From positions 21,762,001-21,826,000 of the forward strand of contig NC_043020.1 of the NCBI RefSeq assembly GCF_006345805.1: a stretch of 64,000 nt of DNA, in the 5' to 3' direction. The notes beneath the pieces were generated by a model. That model did not search any database. It had not been told where the DNA came from and saw only the letters and a list, made by a program, of their open reading frames with translations. The translations under genes were made by a program, and so were the position numbers. The DNA comes from Octopus sinensis. Its lineage: Eukaryota. Shown here piece by piece: positions 38,901 to 52,315 of this stretch (positions are counted from its first letter, which is position 1; each line of letters begins with the position of its first letter).

Positions 38901-41379
38901 ACAGAGAGAATTACATATCAATCCTGCAGCACAAATAGGCAGGAGAGATGAAGCATTTGTGATATAAACTACTGTTTCTTTGGCAATCCTAACATTTCTT
39001 AACTTTGTTATAGTATTGTAGCCTAGATTTGCAGTTCTTGTGAAGTGATAAGTAGCTACAATAAATAAATAAATAATTTTTTTAAATCTCAAAATATTAT
39101 TGGAACATTATATTATAGGCATGGCTGTGAGGTAAGAAGCTTGCTTCTGAAGTACATGGATTTGGATTCAGTCCCACTGCATGGTACCTTGGGCAAGTGT
39201 CAACTATAGCCCTAGGCCTTTTAAATGGATGTGGTAGACAAACTGAAAAATGCTTGTCATGTATGTATGTTTGTTCTAAAAATCAGCCTAAGTTGTAGGT
39301 TCATTAATCAATTCCGAAAAATCTGGAATTGAATATTGTATGTCTAGTTTTAATATCAAATCTTGCCTACAATCCCCATTTTAAGCCAGTTGTGCTTGAG
39401 AACTGCATCTCCAAAATTACTGCCTAATTCAAAGGAATATATAATTACATCCACTTACAAAAACTTGTTTTCTATTCTCTGTTGCTGATATTGTTTACTC
39501 CTGAACAAATTTGCAGGTAATTCCAGCTTTGGTATGGTTTATACAGCTGGATGCCTTATGTGTGTGCACATGCAAGATGTGGATAAAAAGTTTGCTTCCC
39601 AACCATGTCGAGTGTCTTCTACTATAGTCCTACTGCATGGTACCTCGGACATGTGTCTTCTATAGTCCTACTGTGTGGTACATTGGGAAGTGTCTTCTAC
39701 AATACAGTAATCCCTTGCCATATCATAGTTCATTATTTAAGCTTACGTTGATTCCTCTGTGGTATCGTTTTGCATTTATAAGGAAATACATACAAATTAA
39801 AAAATAGAAAAAATATACAGTATTGTTTCTACTTCATAGATTTTCACTTATCGCAGGGGTGGTGGTGGAACCTAACAACTGTGATAGTCTAGCAATTATT
39901 GTAGAGCTACTATATGGTACCTTGGGCAAGTGTCTTCTAGCAAAGCCTTTGTGAGTGAACTTGGTACATGAAAAACAAAATACCCTTGTCTTGACATCAT
40001 GTAATGCTTGTAAATGAGTATTATCATCATCATATAAGCGGTGTTGTTGGTTTCTAGTCTTCAGTGAAAAACATGTCTGGCCATAACAAAATATTACCTT
40101 GCTTGGAAACAGATGAGGGTTGGTGACAAGAATGACATCTGGCTATAGAAAATCACTTTTGAATTCTGTCTGACTAATGATAGGTGTACATACACACAGA
40201 CATGATGTTGTGTTAAGGAGTTGTGCTGTGGGAACTAGATCGTTAAAATGAGTGGTTGCAAAGCAAAACATTGGTCAACATTCTATACTACAAACATCAG
40301 ATGTTGAGCCTCACAGAAATGATGAAGGATTGACATCATTGCTGATTTGCTAACTTGAGAAGACCCGCCCAAGTAAAATCATGATGCTAAAGGTATGTCA
40401 TTTATGTCCATGATACTACACACAATCTGTTCCTGACAAATCTCCCTCCCACAATTCATCTAACACCCCCATTCCTTCACCAGGATAGTATCCACTTCTA
40501 TCACCCACTCCCTGCACACTTGTGAACTTGTCTTACTCTCCCTATCCAATCCTCTTTACCATTTCACATAAACATCCCTGTAACTTAAGTGTACACATTA
40601 TCTCTTTTTCCAGCTGGGGTAGCCATGTATCTCCTCTACAGAAAGATCCCGGTTTCTGTCCTCTATCATATTCCATCCTCTCACCATCTGACAATGTCAC
40701 CCTACTAAATTAGGTGTCTTGTTTTGCAAGCTACTTGGTGATCTTGGTGTTGCAGGTGTCATGTAAAAAGCACCCAGTACATTGCATAGTAGTTGGCTTA
40801 AGGAAGGGCATCCAGCCATAGAAACCATGTCAAAGCAGTCAGCTTGTTACAGTCTTCTGACTTGCAAGCATGGAAAGTGGATTTTAAATGATGACTACAA
40901 CCATGGGTTGACTAATAACCTGTGGATGAAATAAGTACACAGAAGTTAATGAGGCTTGTCATGTGTATGGATAAGTATGATTTCTCCTTATTTTTACAGA
41001 ATAATCATCACTCTTTAATGTCCACTTCTCCATGCATGTATGGGTTACAATGAATTTTTTGAGGTAGGTTTTCTACAACTTGATGTCCATGTCACCAGCC
41101 CTTACCTGTTTCCAAGTAAGGTAATATTTCCCCATGGCCAGAAATGTCTCCCATAGAAGATTGAAAACAAATAACATCAATTGTATGATAGTGGTGCTCA
41201 TTTTACAACCATTGCATGATGTCAAAACAAGGGTACCCAAAGACGCTCAAACAACAAGCTTCTTTCAGTTTCCATCTATCAAATCCACTAATGAAGGTTT
41301 GGTTGATCAGATGACATCTGTCCAAAAATCTTCATTGCAAGCAAATAATGAATTCCACACAGTAGTAACCTGCTGGCAC

Positions 41380-42360
41380 TAAGTTCTTGATAAAAGGAGA
41401 GGTGCAGGAGAGCCTGCACCCACAAAAGGCCCAAGGTTATTTACAGAGGTGACACCACCTACAAGAGCATTGTATGCAGATGGAAAGTCATTTAAAGGGA
41501 AAACCAAAATTGAAGTCAAGCCATGCAGTGAAACCAACAACTACAACCACTGACACAAACCACCAATAGGTGGATAAACTAATTCATGTTGACAGATAGG
41601 TCACAATCCATGGACTTGCTGCACAACTAGATCATATCATAACGCATTATAGAACATGGAAGCCTTCATATATCAAAATGCATGAGCAAAGTGAGTTTCT
41701 TGGCAAGTGATGTCTAGCATGAAAGAGAAATGATCTCATCTAATCTGCTGAAAGTGTTTAAATCCAATCAAGGCCAGTCAACACCCCAATCTGATGACAG
41801 GAGATGAAACCTGGACATTTTTTTTATTGAACCATAAATGAAGAATCTGTCCATGGAATAGTATCACACCTCTTCTTTAAAGTCTAAAGAAATCTAAGAG
41901 CCAGGGATAGATACAGGAAGTAATAGTGACTGTTTCAGGGGATGACAAAAGTAACATTCTCTTGATTTTCTAAAAGATGGCTACTTCATGAAAAGCACTG
42001 AGACACTCAAAAGGCTTAAAAAGGTGTGACTGAACATGAATCTGAAAACAAACCATATTCATCATGACAATGCTTGACCATATATGTGTAACAACAAATC
42101 AAATGATTGGTAGATTGAGATGCCCCCTCTCCTTACACACACACACACTCTGAACTTGAATCTGGCAGTTTTCAACTTTCACTTCTTCAACCCAATGAAA
42201 GACTCTTCAAGGAGGGAGGAGGGCTATAATTTGATGACACAAACAAGGTGTACAACAGTGCACACCTGGATTCTGCTGAAGTGGATTCAAGAGTTGGGTT
42301 AAACAAGGGTGAAAATGCATTGCTTGTGATGGAGACTATGAATAGTGCCTTTAGGAAGAG
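41380..42360 (+). mobile_element. Highly decayed mariner remnant
   Basis: LMTGDETW and HHDNA motifs. Confidence 0.55.
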
Positions 42361-42399
42361 TATGTATATTCTATAAATATATCATTTGCTTGCTTCAGA

Positions 42400-42770
42400 C
42401 ATTAGATTGCAGCAGTGCTGGGGGAATAGTTTGAAGAAATTTTATTGAATGAAACCACTCCAGTACTTTTTTTTTTTTAAAGCCTGGTACTTATTCTATC
42501 AATCTCTTTTCCCAAATGACTAAGTTACAGGGATGTAAGTGGTGACAGGAGACAAGCACAAACACAGAAACTGAAAGAAGACCGTTGTATGTGTGTGTAT
42601 ACAACACATGATGGGCTTCTTTCAGTTTTTGCCTACCAAATCCACAAGGTTTTGGTCAGCCTGGGGTTATAGAGGATACTTGCCCCAAGGTGCCATGCAG
42701 TGGGACTGAACCTGGAACCATGTGGTTGAGAAGAAAGTTTTTTTTTTTCACAGCCACACCTGTGCCAATT
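42400..42770 (-). mobile_element. tRNA-derived SINE (similar copies near 39118-39270, 39560-40160, 45590-45920)
   Basis: Reverse complement of the SINE seen at 48612. Confidence 0.8.
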
Positions 42771-42785
42771 TCTTTCTCATATATA

Positions 42786-43621
42786 CAGGGTGTGATGGGT
42801 AAATTGTCACCATTTTATATTTTTAATTTTGTGCATGTTTTTGATTTTGTCAACTACACAGTATAGTAGGGTCAGTTGGGCACCGTCTGTAAGAAAAACA
42901 GCATCATGATGTAATTTACTGCCAGAAATTTGGAAACAACATGCTGTACTGCTTGACATTCACACTGGAAGCTACATTGTGAACATTTCAGAGTGTTTGG
43001 TTGTCAATCTGAGGACATGTACTGAGAATGATAAAAATCAAACATCCAGTCAACATTATGGTGCTTGGAGTGATCACTACTGATGGCAACATTATGCCTC
43101 CATCTTCCCACACAGCCTCAGACTAAACTTGGAGGCTTTCATCAAGTGCCTAGAGGAGGTAGTGCTGCCCTGGGTCAAGAGGATGGCTGTTGAAAGACCT
43201 TATGTCTGGTAGCAGAACTCTGCACCATCCCACACAAGCAGAACCCAGTTATGGCTGTCAGACAATTTCTGTGACCACAGCACACCTAACTTCCCAGGCT
43301 GCAATCCCCTCGCTTATTATGTGTGGGGCACAGTTTAGTAAGAGACCAATAAAACTCCTTCTAACACCAAAGATGAACTGAAAGCAAGGATTATGGCAAC
43401 ATTCAACAACTTAAACAGGGAGACCATCCAGAAGAGTTGCAGGACCATCTGAAGTTGTCTGGAGGCTGTGGTTGAAGCCAATGGTGATTTTATTGAATAA
43501 ATTTACTCTTTAGTATTTCAAGATATTTTCATGTCATTTTGATAAATATATGTTAAAATGAGATGTCAGTGTTATTTTCATTTTTGCATAATTCAGACGA
43601 CAGTTTATTCACAACACCCTG
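42786..43621 (+). mobile_element. Non-autonomous Tc1/mariner (maT-like) element
   Basis: TA|CAGGGTGT...ACACCCTG|TA termini. Remnants HPVNIMVLGVITTDGNIMPP and PGCNPLAYYVWG. Confidence 0.85.
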
Positions 43622-43644
43622 TATATATAACTACCCAATGAGAA

Positions 43645-45380
43645 CACTGGGGAAAAAAAACTCTGCTACCCAAATAAATAGTGCTAATCGAGTACGTTGA
43701 TTCTGAATCTGAATTGCTGTAGTACATTAGGATTTTGTGCATAATTATGTATAAAACTATATTAGTATCAGGAATAGTTAAGTTCAAGGTAAATAATTAT
43801 TATAACAGTATATTAGTACTTTATATAGTATATTTATGTTAAAGGAATACTCACTTTATATTTGATATGCTCAGCTCAGAAATGCTTAAGACACTTACTC
43901 TTGCATTTATGCATGGTGCTAGTCTCCTGTTGTAGGAACCAGCAGTAGTTACCCATCATGTGTGGATTGAACCAGCCTTGATGCCTTACTTCTATCTCAG
44001 ATATGTCCTGGTCGAACTTCTCCCCATGCTCACTAACAGCACCAAGATTCAATGGAAAAAAAAAATCGAAATGAGAATGCAAGAAGTGCATTTTAAGGGA
44101 CCTTTAGCATCCCATTCTTTCATATGCTGTTAGCATGTCGTTTATTAGATCAGCATAGTTTTCAGCTCTATGATTTCCAAGAAAGTTCTGCACAACTAAC
44201 GCAAATGAATCCCATGCCATCAGATCAACTAGATTCAGTTTACCTCTAAATTTGCCACTAGACATCAACTCTCTGATCTCAGGTCCAATGAAAATGCCTA
44301 CTTTCAGTTTTGTGTCCCTTTTCTCTGCACCAAATTTTAGTTTTAGGTACTGGAAGCCACAACCATCATGTGTCATTGCTTTTAGAAAGTTTTTCATGAG
44401 GCTAAGTTTGATGTAAAGAGATAGAAGGAAGATCTTTTGCAGGTCTACCAGTGGCATATGCTACACATTGTACCAACCAACTATGTACTCATCTCTTTTA
44501 GGCCAGTCTTTTGCTGTCATCGCAGCTGTTCCAAACACACAAGAAGCACATATTTTTTGTATAACCCAGCTGCAGTCCTTCGAAGGGGGAAATCACCTTA
44601 AAATCACCACAAATATTCCACTTATGAACAGAGTACTTAACTCCTTTCAGAATGAGTTCCATCGATTCATAAATTTCTTCCATACTGACAACATGACTCA
44701 CAGGAATGGAAGATTTTTCATTACCAACATGTAACAACAGTTTTCAGGCTAACCATACTCGAGTCTATAAACGATCCCCTTTCGTTAACCACAAGCACAT
44801 GTCCTGGTTTTTGCATGAGTACATTAATGTCAGTACAGAAACAAGCATTATTTTCTTGCTTGAAAAAGACAGATAAGCCTTCATGGCAAGAACGGAAAAT
44901 GGAAATTTTCATACCTTGCTGTAGGAAATTCTGTTGCAGTAGTCTAGATCCCAAAACTTCTGTCTTCTCCTTTGACAATGCTAAGTCTCTTACTAAATCA
45001 TTCAAATCTTGATTAAACAAGCATGGCTAATTTTTCTTAGAATCAACTACATACTCTTTGTTGAAGAGTACCACATGTGATGGTAGAGCAAACAACACTG
45101 AAAGTTACCAAGAACAAAGTGACACATTTGGCGCTAGTCAGCACCATCTATTGCCAAACTAAATAATGAACTTTTTCATCATTTATTTTATTGCTGTTAC
45201 TTCCTTCATTTTGAATTAAGACCGCTTTAATTTTAGCTTATTTAATAAGGCCTATATCTGGCCAAAACTATAGTTATAATCTTATGCATGTCCATCACTC
45301 ATAATCCTGACATGCTAGAACAATTCTGAGTGCAGATTCAGAATCAGCTTCACTAATGATATATCTGAAAATCCATATTA
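43645..45380 (-). mobile_element. Decayed DNA transposon, probably Chapaev3-like (CMC superfamily)
   Basis: Motifs WNICGDFKVI..GLQLGYTK.MCFLC.W, IKLSLMKNFLKAM, KVGIFIGPEIRELM, HSHFDFF..NLGAVSEHGEKFDQDI. CAC terminus at 43645. The family name is from memory of these motifs. Confidence 0.7.
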
Positions 45381-46001
45381 ACAAAGAGAATGGAGTGAGC
45401 AACTCATTTTATTGCTGTTCTACAATTGTTTCATCGTTTTATCAAGTTTATTATGGCTGGAATACAAAAAATACTGATTCGATCTATTATTTCACATATT
45501 CTATAGTAATGCATTGATAAAACAATTGTAAAATTATACAATAAAACGAGTTGTTCAATTCATTCTCCTTGATAATGATTATCTTATTTGTCATTAGACT
45601 GCAGCCCTGAAGGGACACCACCTTGAAGAATTTTAGCTGAACGAATTAATCCCAATGCTTATTTTTTAAAAGCATGGTACCTATTCTCTCCGTCTCCTTT
45701 GCTGAACCAACAAGTCATGGGGACGTAAACACACTAGCACCATTGTAAAGAGGTGGCAAGAGGCAAATGCACACATACACAATGGGCTTCTTTCAGTTTC
45801 CATGTACTAAATCTACTCACAAGACTGGTTGTCTTGAGGTTATGGAAAACACCCAAGGTGTTACAGTGGGGACAATCTGGAAGCAAACTTCTTTCCATAC
45901 AGTCCCGCCTGCACACACATTTTATACAGATAAATCTCATCTAGGTTCCATTGATAGTTTTTAACATACAAGTAATGGGCAATGTGATTGTGTGTATATA
46001 G

Positions 46002-46146
46002 CAGTGGCTTCCGAAATTTCTATTACCAAGGACCGCTTTTACTGAAATGAGTTTTCCCACGGACCCCATGATATTGAAAGGTCTGTCAACTTAAATGTTC
46101 ACGGACTCTCAGTACTACCTTTGCGGACACAGGTTGGGAACCACTG
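46002..46146. mobile_element. hAT-type MITE
   Basis: CAGTGG...GGAACCACTG TIRs with a perfect 8-bp TSD GTATATAG. Confidence 0.9.
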
Positions 46147-47987
46147 GTATATAGGGTTATAGTACATAGTGAGAGAAGAAAAATGTATATAGTTGGATAT
46201 ATGGTGCATAGTGTGCGATAGAATAACTAATATTAGATTCCTTTTTACCTATCAAAATCAATTTCTACAGGCATTAAACATATCAGCATTTACTATCGTT
46301 AAAAATTTTATCCCGCACAAGTCTAAGAAGTAACCACTAGCTACCCACCAAACTGGCTATGTTTTAGGGAAAGTATACGAGAAGTGAAACTATTTGTTCG
46401 GCAATTTCCGTAAAAGGAGAGAGAGAGATGAGAAAGAGGAGAGACGGAGAGTGCGCGCGCGCATGTTGCCTAAATAAAACGAATTTAATGAACTAACATC
46501 CTGAAATCGTTTCCATTAATATGTGTAAGCTTTCCCTACATATTATACACGCTTGTAGTTTTGGAAGTCAAATAAAAAATGTAGGTAACTAAATATAATA
46601 ACCAACAATTTTTTAAAAAATTACTTTAAATGTTTAAATGTGGTGGGAAATTCCTATGATTTGACGTTTTCGTTTCTTCTCATGAGAACTGCCAAAAGGT
46701 AAGGGAACAAAATTAATCATAGCCAAACTAACGAATACCAGCAACCAACATAGGTTGGATGCATATTATTTGAATAGCACGAATGCGAAACAACCAGAAG
46801 AATCCTGGTCTGCAACTCCACTATACTTGAATAGCAATTTGTTAATCCAGAAGCTAATTACTAAAGGATGAGAACTAAACTTTTTCAGAACAGCGACCAC
46901 GCTCACGACTTCATTAAATAAAAATTTCGACCGTCATAAAATAGACATCCGTTTACTAATTTTTACTAGCTTTACACTAAGTGCTGCTCCTCAAACCACT
47001 CCAATTGACCATTAAGTATTTTTCCTTCAACCAGCTCCACATAACTGGTAAAAGAAAACGGTTATGTTGCTTAAAGTAGTTTTAAAATGAACACATCTGC
47101 GTGGTTTTGATATAAAAACACACTTAAACAAGCTATTTAATTACTCGGATTAAAGAAATCCCAAATGAAATATTTACAAGACCAGCTGTAAATATTAGTA
47201 TACGTACATACATTACTAATACATTTTCTAAACATAGACGCTAACTATAAAAGAAAATTTAAATAAAGAAAACATTTTAAGTATAAAAAAAAGTCCAAAC
47301 TAGTTTTTTCTGAAACAAAATGGTTGAACTACAGTTGGTGTTCTTTAGGTATAGACCCGGAAATTAATCCGATGCACCCAAAACCGTAATTTCTTTATTG
47401 TAGAATCGAAAATTGATTCTACAATAAATAAATAAGTAGCTTTCAGGTCTCTTTCTGTTAATTTTCACTTTTGGTTTGGTTGTCTGCAAAAAAGTTACAA
47501 CAATGAAATTACGAGAAAGGGAGCGAGGGTAACTCTAAATTTCATAATCTACGATCTTGAAAACATACACAGCTGAAGAGATTAAGTTTTTAGCGTATTA
47601 GATAATTTCCAACTCTAATCTATAGCAGCGCATAAGGCTGAGAGAATCTGTCTAGATAGTACCCTTCTCTGAATAGAAAAATGCACAAAATCTCAATTGC
47701 TAAAGAAGATAAAAATTACGATTGTTAGTTAATTCAGCACTCACAAATACCTTGAGAAACTAAAATTCTTCGATTTTAGGAAATATCTATCTGGAAACTA
47801 CTTCTGAGGTTGTTAATTAACAACAACTCTTTCAAAATAGATTTTAAAGCAGATAAAATCCACCAAATGTCAAAATATATGACAATAATCAGGAAAATAC
47901 AGAAGACATCTTGGTACGGTTGAGATGACTAGAGTTTGTTAACAGCGAACAGACACACAAACACACGTGTGCATGTGTTTCAAATAA

Positions 47988-48035
<48 letters not shown>

Positions 48036-48432
48036 AGTGAGAGAGACAGACAGACAGATATATATATATACATACATACATAGAGAGCGAGAGACATAGA
48101 TTGATATAATACGATGCAAAATAAAAAGGGCAAACGAAACACTATATCAAGAGAGATTCGGTAATCTTAATATAGTTTCCGATGCATTTTAACGGGAAAT
48201 AATATCGTTTAAGACAAATGGCCGCATACTGTAAGTCTATGCTTCCGACTATGTCAAGGTAAATGATCGTAATTTTTAAAAGTAAAACTATCACCGCAGA
48301 TGCCTCAAAAGCAGTAGTTTCGAGGCAGGAAAAAATTAGAAACACGTAAATGAACACATGGCTAGATTTATACAGATACTTACGCAGACACAAATTCAAG
48401 GAACTTTGTATGTTAATCCACATGGACAAACA

Positions 48433-48478
<46 letters not shown>

Positions 48479-48611
48479 CACAAATATACACACATATACA
48501 TATATATATATACACAAATATACACACATATACATATATACACATATATATATATATACATATATATACACACATATACACACATATATACATATATATA
48601 CACATATATAA

Positions 48612-48968
48612 ATGTGGCTGTGTGGTAAGTAGCTTGCTAACCAACCATAGGGTTCCGGGTTCAGTCCCACTGCGTGGCATCTTGGGCAAGTGACTTCTGC
48701 TATAGCCCCAGGCCGAACAATGCCTTGTGAGTGGATTTTGTAGACGGAAACTGAAAGAAGCCTGTCGTGTATATGTGTATGTCTGTCCTCCTAGCATTGC
48801 TTGACAACTAATGCTGGTGTGTTTACGTCCCCGTCACTTAGCGGTTCGGCAAAAAAAATTGATAGAATAAGTACAGGGCTTACAAAGAATAAGTTCCGGG
48901 GTCGATATGATCAACTAAAGGCGATGCTCCAGCATGGCCGCAGTCAAATGACTGAAACAAGTAAAAGA
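48612..48968 (+). mobile_element. tRNA-derived SINE, relatively intact
   Basis: tRNA-like head TGGCTGTGTGGTAAGTAGCTTGCT..GGTTCCGGGTTCAGTCCC, and tail CAGTCAAATGACTGAAACAAGTAAAAGAG. Confidence 0.9.
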
Positions 48969-48969
48969 G

Positions 48970-50411
48970 TATATACACATATATATAACCATACACACAT
49001 ATATATACATACATACACACATATATATATATACATATATACACATATATACACATATATATATATATACATATATACACATATATATGTACATGTATAC
49101 ACATATATATATACATGTATACACATATATATATACATATATACACATATATATATACATATATACACATATATATACATATATACACATATATATATAC
49201 ATATATACACATATATATACATATACACATATATATATATACATATACACATATATACATATACACATATATATATATACATATACACATATATATATAC
49301 ATATACACATATATATATACATATACACATATATATATACATATACACATATATATATACATATACACATATATATATACATATACACATATATATACAT
49401 ATACACATATATATATACATATACACATATATATATACATATACGTATATATATACACATATATATATACACATATATATACATATATATACACATATAT
49501 ATACACACATATATACATATATACACACATATAGACATATATATACACATATAGACATATATATACACATATAGACATATATATATACACATATATATAT
49601 ACATATATATATACACATATATATATACACATATATATATACACATATATATATACATATATATATACATATATACACATATAGACATATATATATACAC
49701 ATAGACATATATATATACACAGACATATATATATATACACATAGACATATATATATATATACACATATAGACATATATATATACACATATAGACATATAT
49801 ATATACACATATAGACATATATATATATACACATATAGACATATATATATATATACACATATAGACATATATATATATACACATATAGACATATATATAT
49901 ATACACATATAGACATATATATATATACACATATAGACATATATATATATACACATATAGACATATATATACACATATATATATACATATATACACATAT
50001 ATAGACATATATATACACATATATAGACATATATATACAAATATATATACACATATATATACATATATATATACACATATATATACATACATATATACAC
50101 ATATATATACATACATATATACACATATATATACATATATATATACACATATATATACATATATATATACATACATATATACATATATATATACATACAT
50201 ATATACACATATATATACATATATATATACATACATATATACATATATATATACATACATATATACATATATATATACATACATATATACATATATATAT
50301 ACATACATATATACATACATATATACATATATACATACATACATATATACATACTATATATACATACATATATACATACATACATACATATATACATACA
50401 TACATATATAT

Positions 50412-50444
<33 letters not shown>

Positions 50445-50445
50445 C

Positions 50446-50476
<31 letters not shown>

Positions 50477-50495
50477 AAAACATATACATATATAT

Positions 50496-50526
<31 letters not shown>

Positions 50527-50678
50527 TACATATATATATACATATACACATATATATACACATATATAGACACATATATAGACACATATAGACATATATA
50601 TATATACATATATAGACACATATATATATATGTAGACACATATATATACATTCATATATATACATATATATATATACA
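48970..50678. repeat. 1.7-kb compound (TA/CA) microsatellite array; further arrays at 47990-48090, 48436-48610, 53527-53710 and 55730-56215
   Basis: Directly visible. Confidence 0.97.
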
Positions 50679-51060
50679 CTAGCAGTATCGCCCGGCGTTG
50701 CTCGGGTTTGTAAGGGAAATAATTATATAAGCATTTTTAGATGTAAAGTATAATAGCCATCTCAATATGGCTAACCACAAAGGGGGAGGGGTGTTACTGT
50801 AGCTTTTAACGTTCTGAGATATAATAATAAATTTTAGAGAGTTACTTCCCTTATATATGTCAAAAATGGATTAAAAATGGGAAAAATTGATGGTAAATTT
50901 TTTTTTAAATCGTAGAGGCGCGCTAATACCCAGACGGTCTCGATATGAATCACGACTATAAGATACCCGGTTTTGGTTAAACTGCACCGCAAAATGTGGG
51001 AGTAGTTAGGAATCTAAATCGTAGGAGACAGACACACAACCTCACTTTTATATATAAAGA
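50679..51060 (-). mobile_element. Non-autonomous Helitron
   Basis: Minus strand reads A|TCTTTATATATAAAAG ... CCCGAGCAACGCCGGG hairpin ... CTAG|T. The 3' end resembles that at 35051. Confidence 0.85.
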
Positions 51061-51159
51061 TTTCCTCTATTTACATAATATTGAGGTCTCTTTCTTCTTT
51101 TGTTCTTACTGTTTTTACCAATATACATATATATATATATATATATAAATATATATATA

Positions 51160-51482
51160 GTTACAGAGATGTACTTGCATAGCAAGTGACTTGATCTGAG
51201 ATCGTGTGCTGGAACGAAAACAGTTGCAGCGTTGAAGGTGTTTATAAGCCATTTAAGAAACACACAAAAACCGTTAGATTCACTTCAACATTTAAATTTA
51301 ATTTGTCAAAATATTTTCGTCGCTTTGAGACCGCGACCTGTTAGCACGATATTTTTGTCAGTGAACAGGTCGCGGTCTCAAAGCGAGGAAAATATTTTGG
51401 CAAATTAAATTTAAATGTTGAAGTGAATCTAACGGTTTTTGTGTGTTTCTTAAATGGCTTACAAACACCTTCCACGCTGCAA
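51160..51482. mobile_element. Fold-back repeat, likely an inverted pair of Penelope-type pLTRs in a TA tract
   Basis: Arms 51224-51342 and 51364-51482 are reverse complements with a 21-nt spacer. Contains a hammerhead-like motif. Confidence 0.7.
51354..51404 (+). ncRNA. Minimal type I hammerhead-ribozyme-like motif with a G3:C8 core
   Basis: UUUGUCA-GUGAACA-G-GUCGC-ggucucaaa-GCGA(G)-GAAA-AUAU-U-U-UGGCAAA, with a 7-bp stem I and palindromic stem III AAUAUU. Confidence 0.6.
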
Positions 51483-51839
51483 TATATATATACACACACA
51501 TATATATATGTATGTATGTATGTATATGTGTATGCATGTATGTGTGTGTATGTGCATGTCTGTGCTTGTGATTGTCCTCCACCACTGCTTGACAACGAAT
51601 GTTGGTTTGTTTACATCCCTGTCACCTAGTGGTTTGACAAAGGAAACAGATAGAATAAGTACAATGCTTACAAAAATAAAACTGGAGTTGATTCATTAAA
51701 CTACAATTCTTCAAGGCATTGCCCCAGCATGGCCACAGACCAATGGCTGGAAAAAGCAGAAGAATAAAAGAATACATTCTCTGCTTTGGTCTTATGTTGA
51801 AGGCATGAGAAAGCTTGAGTTTACATGAGAAGGCCTAAC

Positions 51840-52095
51840 AGACCTGGTAGAAACAGCAGCCAAATCTCCCTCAAATCACACCTTACTGTCTTATGTATGT
51901 ATTATATATGAGCCAATGAGGGGGACCTCTACATGGTAGCTAGACCTGGTAGAAATAGCAGCCAAATTCCCCCAAATCACACCTACTGTCTTATCTATGT
52001 ATGTATGTATGAGCCTATGAGGGAGAGCCCTACATGGCAGCTAGACATGGTAGAAATAGCAGCCAAATCTCCCTCAAATCACACCTTACTGTCTT
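51840..52095 (+). repeat. Three tandem ~100-bp units (GACCTGGTAGAAA.AGCAGCCAAAT..CC..AAATCACACC.TACTGTCTTA), probably a SINE tail
   Basis: Units start near 51840, 51942 and 52043. Dispersed relatives near 12650 and 25520. Confidence 0.7.
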
Positions 52096-52315
52096 ATGTA
52101 TGTATATATATATATATATATACAAGCCACTACGGTTATTTATGTAAAGTCTTCCTCAAATCACTCTCGCTATTTACTCTCTTCCAAGAACATTTTCACT
52201 CACTCTTATCTCTTAGCTTGCCATACATTTTACTCATGTATCTATCAGCGTGATAGACAGAAACAAATATTACATCGCCATTGCATTCTATTGTCTACCT
52301 GTCAACACACACACA

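Noticed and set aside
48612-48690. tRNA gene
   Set aside because: It is the tRNA-like head of a multi-copy SINE, with no complete cloverleaf.
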